Part shown: positions 14,158 to 26,584 of the stretch, in pieces | Layout: each line of letters starts with the position of its first letter | How positions within the stretch are numbered: position 1 is the stretch's first letter | NCBI RefSeq assembly: GCF_037042905.1 | Contig: NC_087252.1 | Coordinates: 27,220,001 to 27,284,000 of the forward strand | DNA from: Lytechinus pictus | Taxonomy: Eukaryota | Length of the DNA: 64,000 nucleotides | Direction of reading: 5' to 3' | The notes under the pieces: model-generated | The model's input: the letters and a program-made list of their open reading frames with translations, nothing else | Told to the model about the DNA's origin: nothing | Database searches by the model: none | Translations under genes and position numbers: made by a program

Positions 14158-16084
14158 ACAGAAACAGAATAATTTGTTGCATCATCTATTTCTCTTATTT
14201 CAAAAGGTTGAAAAGAGTAATGGGCACATTTCCTATCTTGTAGTCGGGGTTGGCCAAGAGCCATTTCTCTGTAACTTATGCTGACCATAACGAATGTTAC
14301 CTTGTTTATTCGGAAGACCAAAATTGAATTTGTGGTTTTGTTGGAAGGCAAATGTCTTCTCGGCCTTTACAAGCTATCCGTTCATGACGTCATCCCATGT
14401 AACGAGTTGAGCTTGAAAGGGCTGGTGGTGAGAATAAATTAACCCTTCGTCTATACAGAAAGGGCCCTGTATGCACCATGATAAATTACACAATTTAGTC
14501 CAAAGTGTCGGCGATGACCAATTATATATTAATGAGGTTTCCTAAAGAAATAGGGGACTTTTACTTAAAATGAGGACAAATGGAAAGAGGTGTTTATTCA
14601 AAATCTTGTTCCACATCCATACAAAAAATATTGTACTTCAAAAATAAAAATAATTACAATTAAATCCAAAATGAAAAGAAAATAGAGCGGATATCCATAT
14701 TATTTTCTGCTGTTTTTCTTATAATGGTTATGTCAGCTTTTGTTTTGTCGCTTATTATTTGTTCTATTTTTTTTGTAGTTTACCAATTAATTCTGACGAA
14801 GGCCAACCTAGTGCAAATGATTTTTTTAATATAATTGTTTAACAATTCGACAACGGATAGTCAATATTTGATGCATGTTGAAAATGTATTGCGCCACCTA
14901 GAGTTTGAATACCTTTCTGGTTCTCCATAGCGATAGCACCACCGGTGAAACTGACTCCAGAGCCCAGTAACAGACTACTTGCTAATTTGAAAGAAACGTT
15001 CTGATTGGTTTCTAGTCAGTCTACTTAGCAAAATGCGCATGCAACGATGATCTTGATAGGCCATTTCATTTAGCGATTGATTGCTACCCTTTGTTTTGCG
15101 GGGCCCCGAACGTCAGCGAGGACGTTATTTTCATTGGTATTGGTCGGTTTGTCTATAGTTTTTATGGGCACAATGCACGATGGGACAGAATCTTTAATAG
15201 TGCGTCTTCATGCAAACGACAACACTCTTACACTGTTCCACTCTTTTTCACTTAGAGTAGCAATCATTATAAATATGTATGTTTTTATTGTAAATATATT
15301 TTCCCCGATTTCGCTTAGATAAGTCCTTTGATGAAATTGGTCCCAGTCTAAAAGCAGATTCATCTGTTTTAAAGATGTATACTTTGTGTTGAGAATGATA
15401 TTTTGTGGACATGGATGAAAACGTTTATTTCAGTGGTTGATTGATTCGTGAACCATTGTGTTTGGGTGGAAATTATACCCTTTAAAGGAACGAGATTTCT
15501 GCCAGGTGGTGAATTACCTGAACTCAATTTTCATAATAGTTCAGTGAATACAATGTAATAATTAGATGCCCTCTTACGACACTCGTTAGAGTACAGCTGA
15601 TCCCCCAGATAGCAGGGCTAGTATGTTTTGATTCTTGTAACTTCTCAACTCAAATTTAATCAAAAACATTCATCACGGTCATAGTTCTATTTCTAGGAGT
15701 TGTGGTCATTAACGAATAGACCCTAAAACCATTTTTACAACATACTGAAAAAAGGGTGACATTCGTATCCCTGAGGGAGAGAGGTGTGGCTAAGTTGTTA
15801 AATCGCGGTAGAGCCCGTGGGTTGACCACACGAAAATCTCTATCTAGGAATAACCAATCACTTGGAAGCCATTGTACGCTCTTATATCCTTTACCCTCGC
15901 AAAGAACATCCTGGGGAAAATCAAACCCCAAATAAATATATAAATAAAAAAATAATAATAATGATAATAATAATAATATAAATAATATACGATTTGTATA
16001 GCGCACGTATCCACCTTGCTAGGTGCTCAAGGCGCTCCTATATTACCCCGGCTAAGCTAGTCTACCGATTCTGGTGCGCACAGC

Positions 16085-16161
16085 TTTAATGATAATAATA
16101 ATAGTAATAACAGTGATGATGGTGATAATAATAATACTAATACTAATAATAAATAAATGAA

Positions 16162-16224
<63 letters not shown>

Positions 16225-16330
16225 ATACATTAATAAATAAATGAATAACTAAATAAATAAACAAATAAATGAATAAATAAATAAATAAAAAATATATGAA
16301 TAAAAAAAAAATAATAATAATAAATAAAAA
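16085..16330. repeat. (TAA)n/(TAAA)n microsatellite
   Basis: Direct reading of the sequence. Confidence 0.95.
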
Positions 16331-16419
16331 ATGAGAAGGGGCTGAGATTGTTACAGTATTAATGTGTAAAATTTTCGGCAATCATATGGGATATACTCCA
16401 GTAATAAGGTCGTTAATTT

Positions 16420-16700
16420 TGTTTGTTTGTTTTATTTTATTTCTGCGTTCACAATACATTATCAAAAAGTATTTACATTGTTTGCAATATATAAACCAAT
16501 CCATAATGTTTACAACATAAACATAATAATTAGAGAAAAAAAATGGTTTGGGTATATATACTTCACATTACATAAATAGAAAAAAAAATGATTTGGGCAT
16601 ATACTTCACATTAGGATGATAATAAAAAGCAGCATAAACAAATGAACGCAGGAGACCGCCATCGTGAGCGGTTAAGCTTGTAGTTGATGGCGGCCTCTTT
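16420..16700 (-). mobile_element. LINE 3' tail remnant (CR1/L2 group); similar tails at ~3050-3195 and ~8950-9120
   Basis: Stem-loop gagaccgccatc...gatggcggcctc followed on the minus strand by aataaa and a (caaa)n microsatellite tail. Confidence 0.45.
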
Positions 16701-16718
16701 TTTTGCCCAATATTGGAC

Positions 16719-17658
16719 CTCAATTGTTTGGCCCATTACGTCACTGATTCCTCATATCTTCCTGCTCCCACATGCAAAATCAAAAAATCGTTTCACTCGA
16801 CCCCCTTTTCTTCCTTCCTTATTAACTAACTTCATTGCTCTGCTCCCGTCTATTTCTCTTTCTCTCTAATTGTCATGTTCTTTGCCTTATCCTTCAACAG
16901 AAATGTGCCCGTATTTGAAATGAACTTCTATTCACAAGATTGAAAACACTTCAGATAATTAATGAATCGTTAATGAAATCTACTTTTCTTTGATAATGAC
17001 CCCCATCAAGCGCAGTTATTTTGTGGATGTCAAATGCCAGATTTTATTGTAGTTAACTTCATTATGGTCTACCTATGTCATTTTATAGGTATTTTGATAA
17101 AAAAATATTTTCTCACGGAAATGTTAAATTCTCGTTATATTTTACTACATTTCCTTAATAATATCTTCTTGCTCTCATTGCTTTTTGATCCTCATTCTTT
17201 TTTCTCTCCCTTTCTTTCTCACAGTGGTATACAGATAGCGGGGTCGCCTTGTGGCTATGCCCCCCCCCCCAAAAAAAAAAAAAGTTTCACGACAAAGAAA
17301 AAAGGAGAAAAAAAAGAAAAGGAAAGGATAAGATACATAAGGCAATTTTCAAAATATTATTATTATTTGTCTGGCGTCGGCCTGTGTCTGGGAGTCGAAA
17401 AGCGAGCTGAATCAATGTGACCCACATGTCTCTAAGAAGGTTTTGCTCATTCGCTTCTCTCGCTCACAGCTTGTTACAAATTTTTCCCAATATTCTTATG
17501 TCTTGAATCTCAATTGTTTGGCTCATTACGTCACTGCTTCGTCATATCTTCCTGCATCCCACGTGCAAAATCAAAACTCGTTTCACTCGACCCCATTTTC
17601 TTCCTTCCTTATTAACTAACTTCATTGCTCTGCTCCCGTCTACTTCTCTTTCTCTCTA
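16719..17658. repeat. Dispersed direct duplication of 150 bp (16719-16868 and 17509-17658)
   Basis: ctcaattgtttgg...ttctctttctctcta is repeated 790 bp apart with a few substitutions. Confidence 0.85.
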
Positions 17659-18429
17659 TATCAAATTATTTGTTTTATAGTCCTGTTCTGAACAAAATAA
17701 CTAACAGGCATTTCGATGAGCATTAGCATTTTTTTCCCAAATTTTATTTCAACACTAACAGTCATTGCAAAACAATTTACATTATAAATTAAAGTTAAAG
17801 AGCAAGATATAAATTATCAGACACAACAAAATGTACAAAGTTACATCACACATGAGCTTTTACACCACATACTTTTGACAATCTTTCTTTGAATAATCTT
17901 GTTTTTGAAGGATATTTCTCAACTTGCTAATTTCTGCCTCTTCAAAAACATTGAAAAGAGAGAACAGATCTCATTCCCTCTGAGACATCAGTCTATCAGA
18001 TTCAGAATTACTAACATTTTACAATTTGGTCCCTGTAAATTACAACAACTAGTCCATGCTTCTTTTGTACACTACATTAACATAGCCTGACTTTGCGTTT
18101 CTTTTTATGAAGCTACATGTTTGAGCGTACACGGAAGTCTATGTTAAGTTACACCATTGTCTAACTCTGCATTATTATTGTAAGCCGTAAAATCTCAGAA
18201 TTGTTCACATTGCATATTCCTGCAATTTACTCTGCTATTTCGTCCTACTTTAAGTCTTAGTGAAGAAACTATTTATTTAAGTTATGTTCCAGACAACTAA
18301 TTATGAATGATTGAAGAGTCAAATGAGATAATAGATCAATCGTGGAGGCTCCCTACTGGTAGAGATGTATATGTGACCAATTGGCTATCCATAGTCAGAC
18401 CAAAACTTTAACCACAGTTTAAATTAATG

Positions 18430-18588
18430 CTACAGTCACATCTCCCCGACGGCGGCCGTACGGCTAGTCTAAAACAGCCGTTTTATTCACTTTTTATTCA
18501 AACATCTACATGTAGCTGGTACAAAAAATGTTAAAACGGCTGTTTTCGACTCGCCATACGGCCACCGTAGCAAATGTGACTGAGGTAT
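18430..18588. mobile_element. Short palindromic MITE (Harbinger-like); inverted copy at 40586-40749
   Basis: cagtcacat..cggcggccgtacggc ... gccatacggccaccgtagcaaatgtgactg, reverse-complement homolog of 40586-40749. Confidence 0.65.
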
Positions 18589-19145
18589 AAATCCGAGTTT
18601 GCAATACAGCCATTTTATATCACATTCTCAATAATACTTACATTCAAATAAATAAATACTTATTTTATGACAAAGATAATGAAGAAAGGGATCATAAGAT
18701 GAGGCAAAAGAGAAATCAGACAACGATGTGCAGAGTATTTAGAAAGGGAAATGAATGAGTTTGGGAGAAAAGTGGGGTAAAGCGGGGGTGAAAAGAAACA
18801 AAGAGAGATGGAAAGGGAGAGAGAGAGAGACGGAAGGGAAAATAGCCGGTAAGGAGATGAATGAAAGAAGGAGAATGAAAAGTGACATGTGTGAGGTCTC
18901 ACTATCCTAGCAGTCGATACATTGGCGTATAGATGTTGGGGCTTGGGACCCCCCCAAAAAATAGGAAAAAAAAGGAAGGGATAGTATTGGAATGTGGTAA
19001 GATATGAACCTATTGTGTTTTCTTATTTTTCATTGTCACAATTTTATTTTCATTTTGAAATGTGGTGTTCGTTTCGAAATTATATATATTATCCCCGTGC
19101 CTCAAATTCCGCCATCTTTTTCTCTCTAGTACACAGAAACAATAC

Positions 19146-19744
19146 TTAAAGGACAAGTCCACTCCAATAAAAAGTTGATTTGCATAAAAAGAGAAAAATT
19201 CAACAAGCATAACACTGAAAATTTTAGCAAAATCGGATGTAAAATAAGGAAGTTATGACATTTTAAAGTTTCGCTGAATTTCACAAAACAGTTATATGCA
19301 CATCCTGGCTGGTATGCAAATGAGGAGACTATGACGTCATCCACTCACTATTTCTTTTGTATTTCATTATGTCAAATATGAAATATTCAAATTTTCTCCT
19401 CATTGGCAAGTGATACAACGATTAATTCCTCCTTGAACATGTGGCATTAGTATTGTTTAATACTATATGTTTCAGTCAAGTAGGTCCTTATTGTCAAATC
19501 TCAAAAAAATGAAATATTGTATAATTCAAACAATAAAAAACAAAAGAAATAGTGAGTGATGGACATCATCGACTGACTCACCTAGTTGTGCATATCACTG
19601 TTTTGTGAAAAATAAGCGAAACTTTAAAATGTCATAACTTTCTTATTTTACATCCGATTTTGATGAAATTTTCAGCACTATGCTAGTTTGATTTTTCTTT
19701 ATTTATTCAAGGCAGCATTTTCCTGGGGTGGACTTGACCTTTAA
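19146..19744. mobile_element. MITE family A, copy 2
   Basis: Same termini and TTAA TSD as 228-830. Lies about 170 nt downstream of the predicted peptide-gene stop codon. Confidence 0.85.
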
Positions 19745-19915
19745 GAACGGCAACGGTACAGAGGAAAGAAAAGTTTCGAATTTTTGATCGGAAAATAGAT
19801 AGAAAACAACAAGAACAAACATTTATAATCTTACGAAGGTGGATAAAATTACTCATAGCCAAGATATAAATATATATAATACACCAAGATGATAACATAT
19901 GACGTAGTGATGACA

Positions 19916-19965
19916 TCACCAGTTGCGTGTTATTCTGTTCCAAGGGTTGTTAAGGTATGGAGGAG
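19916..19965 (-). CDS. Secreted prepropeptide gene, probable terminal coding exon 3
   Basis: Strong acceptor with branch-like ctaat: gctaatcccttgtccttttcttttcttttcAG|. Phase-1 join gives (A)PPYLNNPWNRITRNW-stop. Total CDS 184+84+50 = 318 nt (105 aa). Confidence 0.6.
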
Positions 19966-21453
19966 CTGAAAAGAAAAGAAAAGGACAAGGGATTAGCAAT
20001 GTGTAGTAATGTTTCCGCTGTCGGTGGAAACAAATACCATTTCATATTTTTTATCCAGTGGTGGTTAGGTTCATACAAATTTACAAACCAAGGTTACATG
20101 ATTGATATAAGGTTGTGTGTTTATTTATTAAATTTGTTGTGGTGGCTATATATGGCACGAAACGACCGGTTGCCTTAAAGCATCTCGGTAATATTGTTTT
20201 AACGTGGGTATCAGCTATATCTAAACACATTTTTTTTTTAATCCGCAAGCCCAAAGAAATAGAAATTAGCAAATGATTGAAGAAACCAATGAATAGATTA
20301 AATCAATGAATAGATGAAAACAATACTGAAGGAACAAATTAATGAATTCAAACAGAATGTAACCCTGTATATTTAGGTACTGTTCTCAGCACTGGTAATA
20401 CTCAAATTTGTAAGTTATCTAAACATTCAATATGAAAAAATATAGCCTATACATCAACGTATAAACAGATCATTGGACATGGGCGATGCAAGGAGAATTA
20501 GTTGAAGGAGATAATAAAATAATAACATTAATACTAACGATAGTAATGATAATGATGATGATGATAATGATAATAATACTAATAATAGTAAACATGAGAA
20601 TGATAATAATAATAATAATAATATGATAATAATAATATTAATAATAATAATAATAATAGTGATGTCTTGTCGAGCGCATACACCGTTCAGAGACGCTCAT
20701 GGCGCTAGCCATGACGTATAGCGTTTCTTAACACAGGTCCGTATTGAATTATGAATTATCGTTTATTATTTAGGTGGCAATAATGACAGCGAAAATGTGA
20801 TTCAAAATGATGATATTGGAGGTGTTCTGTCTGTCTGATGAAAAAAAAAAGAAAAATAAAGACTAGCACTCTTACCACCGTGGAAATAAAATAGAAAGAA
20901 GATCAGTTTTAGTATTATCGACAACCATGCCACGTAATCCGGATCTAGAATACTTCCAATTTGTTTGTGATTAGCTAATGGGTCTATGGAATTGTGTTAG
21001 CAATTTGAATTATGGAGCTGCCTTAAAACAATAGACGGCAGAAAGTCGGTTTCCTAACATTTTCCTCGTCTTGTTATGGTTGGAGAAATAAGTGGTTTAA
21101 ACGTAAGTAGGTTTCGGAAGCATTAGACTAATTGAATGATAGGCCTCGAGTAACCAGTCCATTAAATCACATCCGATGGTATAGTGAAATGGGTGAATCC
21201 AGGTATTTTTTCGAGGGACAATTTTTACTTGAATTCTCCCATGCCTACTTCACTGTGATTTCGTTGAATTCTTCTCAAGTTTTTACGTCCACTGCGAGAC
21301 CAACGGATGCTGTACGAGAAATCCGTTGTTAAAAGTTGGCACCTATTACGTTTTTTTGTGTGCAGTTTATGGCATAATTATTATAACCACCATGACCACC
21401 ACTGAAAATATTACTGCATTTACACGGGTAAATCCTAATCAAACTAACAAGTA

Positions 21454-22056
21454 CCGTATGGGTACTAGTATTCAACCCGGCATAATTCAAAGATTTTGAC
21501 ATATTCCCCAAAATATTTAGAAATAGGGAATTTATCTTAATTTCACACCTTTGTTATTTTCTGTTGTCGATATTTTCTTTGTCAATCTGTCGACTGTATG
21601 CGCGGAGGATCGAATTATGCGGCGATGGCCTTTTGGAACTAAATGGTACTAGTATTCAACCTAGTGAGGATTGATAGCAAATCTCAAAAGGGTTTAGATT
21701 GCTAAATTAGATCTAGATCTATGTAAGTCTCTGGCTTTGATTAATTCCCTGTTTGGTCTCATCTCAAATGGTCTAGTCCATAGTCGGATGGGACAAGGGC
21801 AGATTGAGAGACAGGGCCATCTTTCATCGCTAGGTTGAATACTAGTGCCGGCGGGTTGAATACTAGTACCAAAATCCGTCGCCGTATAATTCGATCGCCC
21901 GCGCACACAGTCAACTGGTTGAAGAAAAAAATAACGGAAAAAGAATAACCAGCATTTGCTCTTGGAAATAAGACGGGTCTGAAATTCAGGTAAATTCTAT
22001 ATTTCTATATATTTGAGGAAACTCTCCAAACGGGTTGAATACTAGTGCCCTTACGG
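21454..22056. mobile_element. TA-flanked Tc1/pogo-like MITE
   Basis: ta|ccgtatgggtactagtattcaaccc ... gggttgaatactagtgcccttacgg|ta, with internal inverted repeats. Confidence 0.75.
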
Positions 22057-23014
22057 TATAGGTTATAGACCTTTAGGTGACATAACTTTTATTCATTGAT
22101 TTATTTATTTGTTTATGTATTTATTCATCATTTTTATATTCATATTTTATTATTCATTCATTTATTCATTTTTTTTTTTGGGGGGGGGGCAACAACAAAT
22201 TATGACGACATATTTTCCTCCTGTTTCACTGACAGAGGGAATTTATGGTTATGGGAATAAAACTTATCATAATAGACATACTTCTTCATCCTCACCCTTT
22301 CCTTCATACTAATTTCCTCTCCTTTTTTTTATACCCTACTTAAAAACTGAAGGAATGGTGGTCGCCCCTTGTCGCTGCACCTTGTCACACAAAAAAAAAC
22401 CCTTTAAAAATATAAGCAAATACTCGCAATGTATAACTAACATGCTTTGTTTTCTGCACCCAAAATGAACCGAGGCTACACCCTTCTGACCACAGATCCC
22501 ATCACATTTAGTCAGAATTATTTCTACAATGAATTTAGGTATCGGGGGAGCGTTTCATCAACAATTTCGTCCGACAATTTCTTGATTATGATTGGTTGAG
22601 AAGTGCTGTTACCACACTAACTTTCGGTACTTGTCGGATAAAGCGTCTGACACGTCCTTTCGTGAAACGTTCCCCTGGCTTGCGCAGTAAAGGCATTACG
22701 CGCTGGTAGGAAATGTGAAGTCCCAAATGCATACTACAATCGCACCCAACGAAACCTGCTTCAAACCTGCCAATAATCAGGACTTTTCGCATTTACTACG
22801 TGGAAACTCCCCACAATGCGCCAATACCTTTGAAAATGCAAGTCAAATGACAATTGAGAGCTGAGAGGCTTTTGTCGAAAGTTGGTGGACCAGGACAGCA
22901 TCGTAATCTCTTGACTCTGGACAACGGCATATTTGCAATTGCTTGCCCGATGCAAATCTTCGGATGATCTGCTGTCCCAGTCCACCAAATTTCGAAAAAA
23001 GCCTCTCAGCTCTC

Positions 23015-23397
23015 CACTAGCGTACCTACGGGGGGGGGGGGGGGGGGGGGGGGGGCAGAGGGGGCAGTCTGTCCCCCCTGACGAGCCACAACCCATGCAA
23101 AGGACGTATCCCTGCCCCCCTGACGAGCTTGAAGACCTTTATTGCTCCCCCTGACGAGCTTGAAGACCCTTTTTTTCTTCTTTTTTTTTGCTTGTCCAAT
23201 TTGTTTCTGGTACGATATCCTTCATTTGTGATTGAAGACCTTTTATTTTATTTTTTTGCTTGCCAAATTTTTTTCTGTTACGAAATCCTTCATTTGTGAT
23301 TGAAGACCTTTTATTTATTTTTTTTTTTTGCTTGTCAATTTTTTTGGCGGACGGTTTTGCCCCCCCCCCCCTGTGAAAAATCCCAGGTACGCCACTG
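23015..23397. mobile_element. hAT-type MITE inserted in another inverted-repeat element (~22784-23478)
   Basis: cactagcgtacct ... aggtacgccactg, TSD cagctctc/cagatctc. The host has inverted ends ttttcgcatttactacg / cgtagtaaatgcgaaaa. Confidence 0.75.
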
Positions 23398-23544
23398 CAG
23401 ATCTCCATTGTGATCTTGATTTCATTTTTAAGAGAATTCGATGAGTTGTAGAGAGTGCCCCCGTAGTAAATGCGAAAACTGCCTAGTATGGCATTGAAAA
23501 ATACTTTAGTACTTTGGATGTGTCTGGAACCGGTGTCGTTGATC

Positions 23545-24963
23545 GGGGGGGGGGGGGGGGGGGTGTTTCACACATTCTAAAAATATTGGGTAAAAGTGCT
23601 CCATGAGGTTAATTATGTGTCCAACCAACATTGGGCATTTCTTTTGGGCATTTTATTGATCTAGTGTGATAAAATTTAGCCCATTCTAAAGTAATTGCTG
23701 CTTATTTTTTTTAACCTTACTAGACAACAAGCTTCACGCATTGGGTAAAATACTGCCCCAAATTGGTTGGACACATAATTTCCCTCGTGGTGGTAAAAAT
23801 TTTACCCAATATATTTTACAGTGCAAAGATTTACTTATGACTTATATTCGCACTTAAATGCCTATAATGCGGTATAAAAGACATTTTCCGCATTGGTCAG
23901 ATCATGCGAAGAGGACGCGCACTACTGCATATTGATCAATTAGATCGCGCGTTGCATTTCAGATATACGCGTCCGATTAAGTGCGATTTAAGGACGTTCC
24001 ACAGTTATGTTTGTGCGCATTATGATCTGCGCATTTTTACACTCTGCGCGCTGACGTCACAATGGATGAACATGTGATTAATTAGCTGTAGGTATGAGCT
24101 AATTTTTATCCTTATCTGCTCTAGCTGCAAATACGATGCGTTATTTTATGAAGCTAAAAAATTTGCATTATTCCATGGACCATTTAAAAAAAGTATCTCT
24201 ACAATTTTATAATACTTTACTCTGCAGTGCTGCAAAGAATGATGAACATGACCCCGAATTTGAATAAATGGACGAGTGGTTTTGAATTTTTCTTCAGATG
24301 GATAAACGGCATTTGGCGCGTTTTTTGTGTTTTAAAAAGCACATTTGCTCTAATAAAAGTGCTGATAGTTTGAAAACAAGTACATGAACCCCTATTTTTC
24401 ATTGTTTGCACCTCTTAGGTATACCTTCCTCTACAACTTTGCAAAGTTTGGTTTAAATGACATGGATTTTTAATAAAGTGCAGCATTTATTGCACTTTCT
24501 AGTTTGTTATTGAAACTTCACATTTTTTTAGATTAGGTTTTTGTTATATTTTATGCTATTTTTTAAGAACTGATAGTGCTGTTATACTTAAAACAGTAAA
24601 CAATAGCACTATAAATAGATTCCCAATCTTAAAAATACAATTATTAACTCTCTTGCGAAATTTGATGGGATTTTCATGGATTTTGACTGAGTAATACAAG
24701 TTTAAACACACTGTAGTGCATCTCGTGAGGTCTAAAAATGCCAAATTCTTTTGAATGCGCAATTCTTAAGAACATCCATTTGAATGAACTTTGAAGCTCT
24801 ATAGCAAAAAAATCAAGCACATGGACCCATGTTAATTTATGCATATTTCGATTATTCAGGTTCTAAAGTATCTATATGCAAAGTTTGGTGAAAATGACAT
24901 GGATTTCACTTTAACTGTGGAACGTCCTTAAGTCACCCTCAAATCTTTGTGAAACACCCCCCT
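23545..24963. mobile_element. MITE hosting two nested insertions (CACT-type 23573-23823; TTAA element 23988-24931)
   Basis: Host TIR ggggtgtttcaca..aagattt / aaatctttgtgaaacacccc. The left TIR is split by an insert with a ca TSD. The second insert has perfect ends ttaaggacgttccacagtta / taactgtggaacgtccttaa. Confidence 0.8.
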
Positions 24964-26142
24964 GACTGTATTATAATATTAGATTCCTTTCTGGACCACA
25001 CACAGGAAAACAATAAGCATGGTACAGTCAGACCGCAGGTCCCTATGCTAATGAGCAAAAAGGCCAGATTCATCCAAATCATCTCGTGGCTGAATCCTCC
25101 TCCTTGCAAAATCTCGTGATTCGTGAGATTTTCTTTCTCTAAGAATTTACCTGTTTTAACCTCAAGTTAAATGAAATATTATTGCACCATCAGATAGAGT
25201 AAATGTTACTCTTTCATATTGGTCATTTATTTTGTATACAATATTTTGTTAAATAAGTAAAGTTCTGGCCTGAAAATGTGCCTCAAAACTGAATTTTTTT
25301 CCTCTGTTTTCTTTTGCAAATTGTGCAAAACTTTTTATTTTGAGCCTCAATGATATCTATATCACCATAAAGCTGAACTTCTGTACTTTCTCACAATGCC
25401 ACTCTTGATATGCGGCACCTTTTAATCGGGTCAAGATCACACTTTTCCCACCAAGGTACAAGACGAGATTTCTGAAATTTTGTACTTGCATGAAATCCAG
25501 AGTTCTGATTGGCTGGATAAGGTTCACAGAACAACAGGCGCGGGGTATTTGAGGAGATTACCACATGGGAAGTGTGACCTTCCCATGAACCCAGGCATTG
25601 GAACCGTTGGAATTTGCCAATGGGTGGTCTCTTTGACCAATCAGTGTGCAGTATTCTTGTTTTCAAGCTGCTTTATGTACTTGGCAAATGAAAAGTGTGA
25701 TCTTGACCCGATTAAACCAATTCTTATTTTGAAACCTATATCATTTTAAAGCATACATATTCAGCTTTATCATGATTTAAAAATCATTTGGGCTCAAACA
25801 AAAATAAAGTGTAAAAATAGCAGCTTTTGTCAGGTGAAAATAATTATTTTGTAGCATATTTTAGATCAAAATTTTAACCTATATTACAAAATCTTTGAAT
25901 AAATTCAAAGACATGACCTGAAAGAATGATTCTTCTTCTTTACAATGATACCAAAGTTATGAAATTCGATGCACAATTAGAGCAGCAATGACCGAATGAA
26001 AAGAGGTGGTTTGGTCCGCATCAAGCTCATTAAATATGCAAAACATCTCGAGTCATGACTATCACTTGGATGAAAGAAGCCACTTTCTTGGGACCTGCCG
26101 TCTGACTGGGTAAGCAAGGCAAGGATTTGGCAACCTCCATAC

Positions 26143-26226
26143 CTTCACATTCGAAATATCTTCGTGTTGATTGACCAAAGAGTGATGAACATTTGCACAT
26201 CTTTCCAGTCACGTGATGTCGGCAAT
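26143..26226 (-). CDS. Secreted prepropeptide gene, coding exon 2 (Cys-containing mature peptide)
   Basis: Acceptor (ct)n-ctAG| before 26226. Phase-1 join gives (Y)CRHHVTGKMCKCSSLFGQSTRRYFECE, the same frame as track ORF 26030-26212. Donor g|GTATGG after 26143; 84-nt symmetric exon. Confidence 0.75.
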
Positions 26227-26584
26227 CTAGAGAGAGAGAGAAGGGGTGTGTGAGGGAGAGAGAGAAGAGAGGGGAGGGGTGGTGTTAAAAAAAGATCAGA
26301 AGGTAAATTTGTGATTTTGCAAATTTTAATGTGCCATTCCAAATAATCATAACTTCGATTTTGCTCCAGACTAAACAATAATTTGAGAAACGTTTCATCA
26401 TCATTCGTCAATTACCATGGAAACAAAATGCGCTTTCTATCCTATTGAGATTGATATTGTAATATATTTCATCATGTTCTTCTGGCTCCTAACAAATTAT
26501 TTAAATATTTTATGCAGAATTGATAAAAAAAATAATTTGAACTCGATATTGGGCTGGCAAATGGCAATTTATAAATGTGTTGTA

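Noticed and set aside
22442..22523. Additional Cys-containing peptide exon (EIILTKCDGICGQKGVASVHFGCRKQS)
   Set aside because: In phase at its 5' end, but the polypyrimidine tract is weak and its donor would shift the frame of the 19965 exon. Not supportable without transcripts.
26030..26142. Read-through C-terminus of peptide exon 2 (GMEVAKSLPCLP...; 126-aa product)
   Set aside because: A good G|GTATGG donor and a strong in-phase downstream acceptor exist, and read-through gives an odd Cys count. It remains a possible intron-retained isoform.
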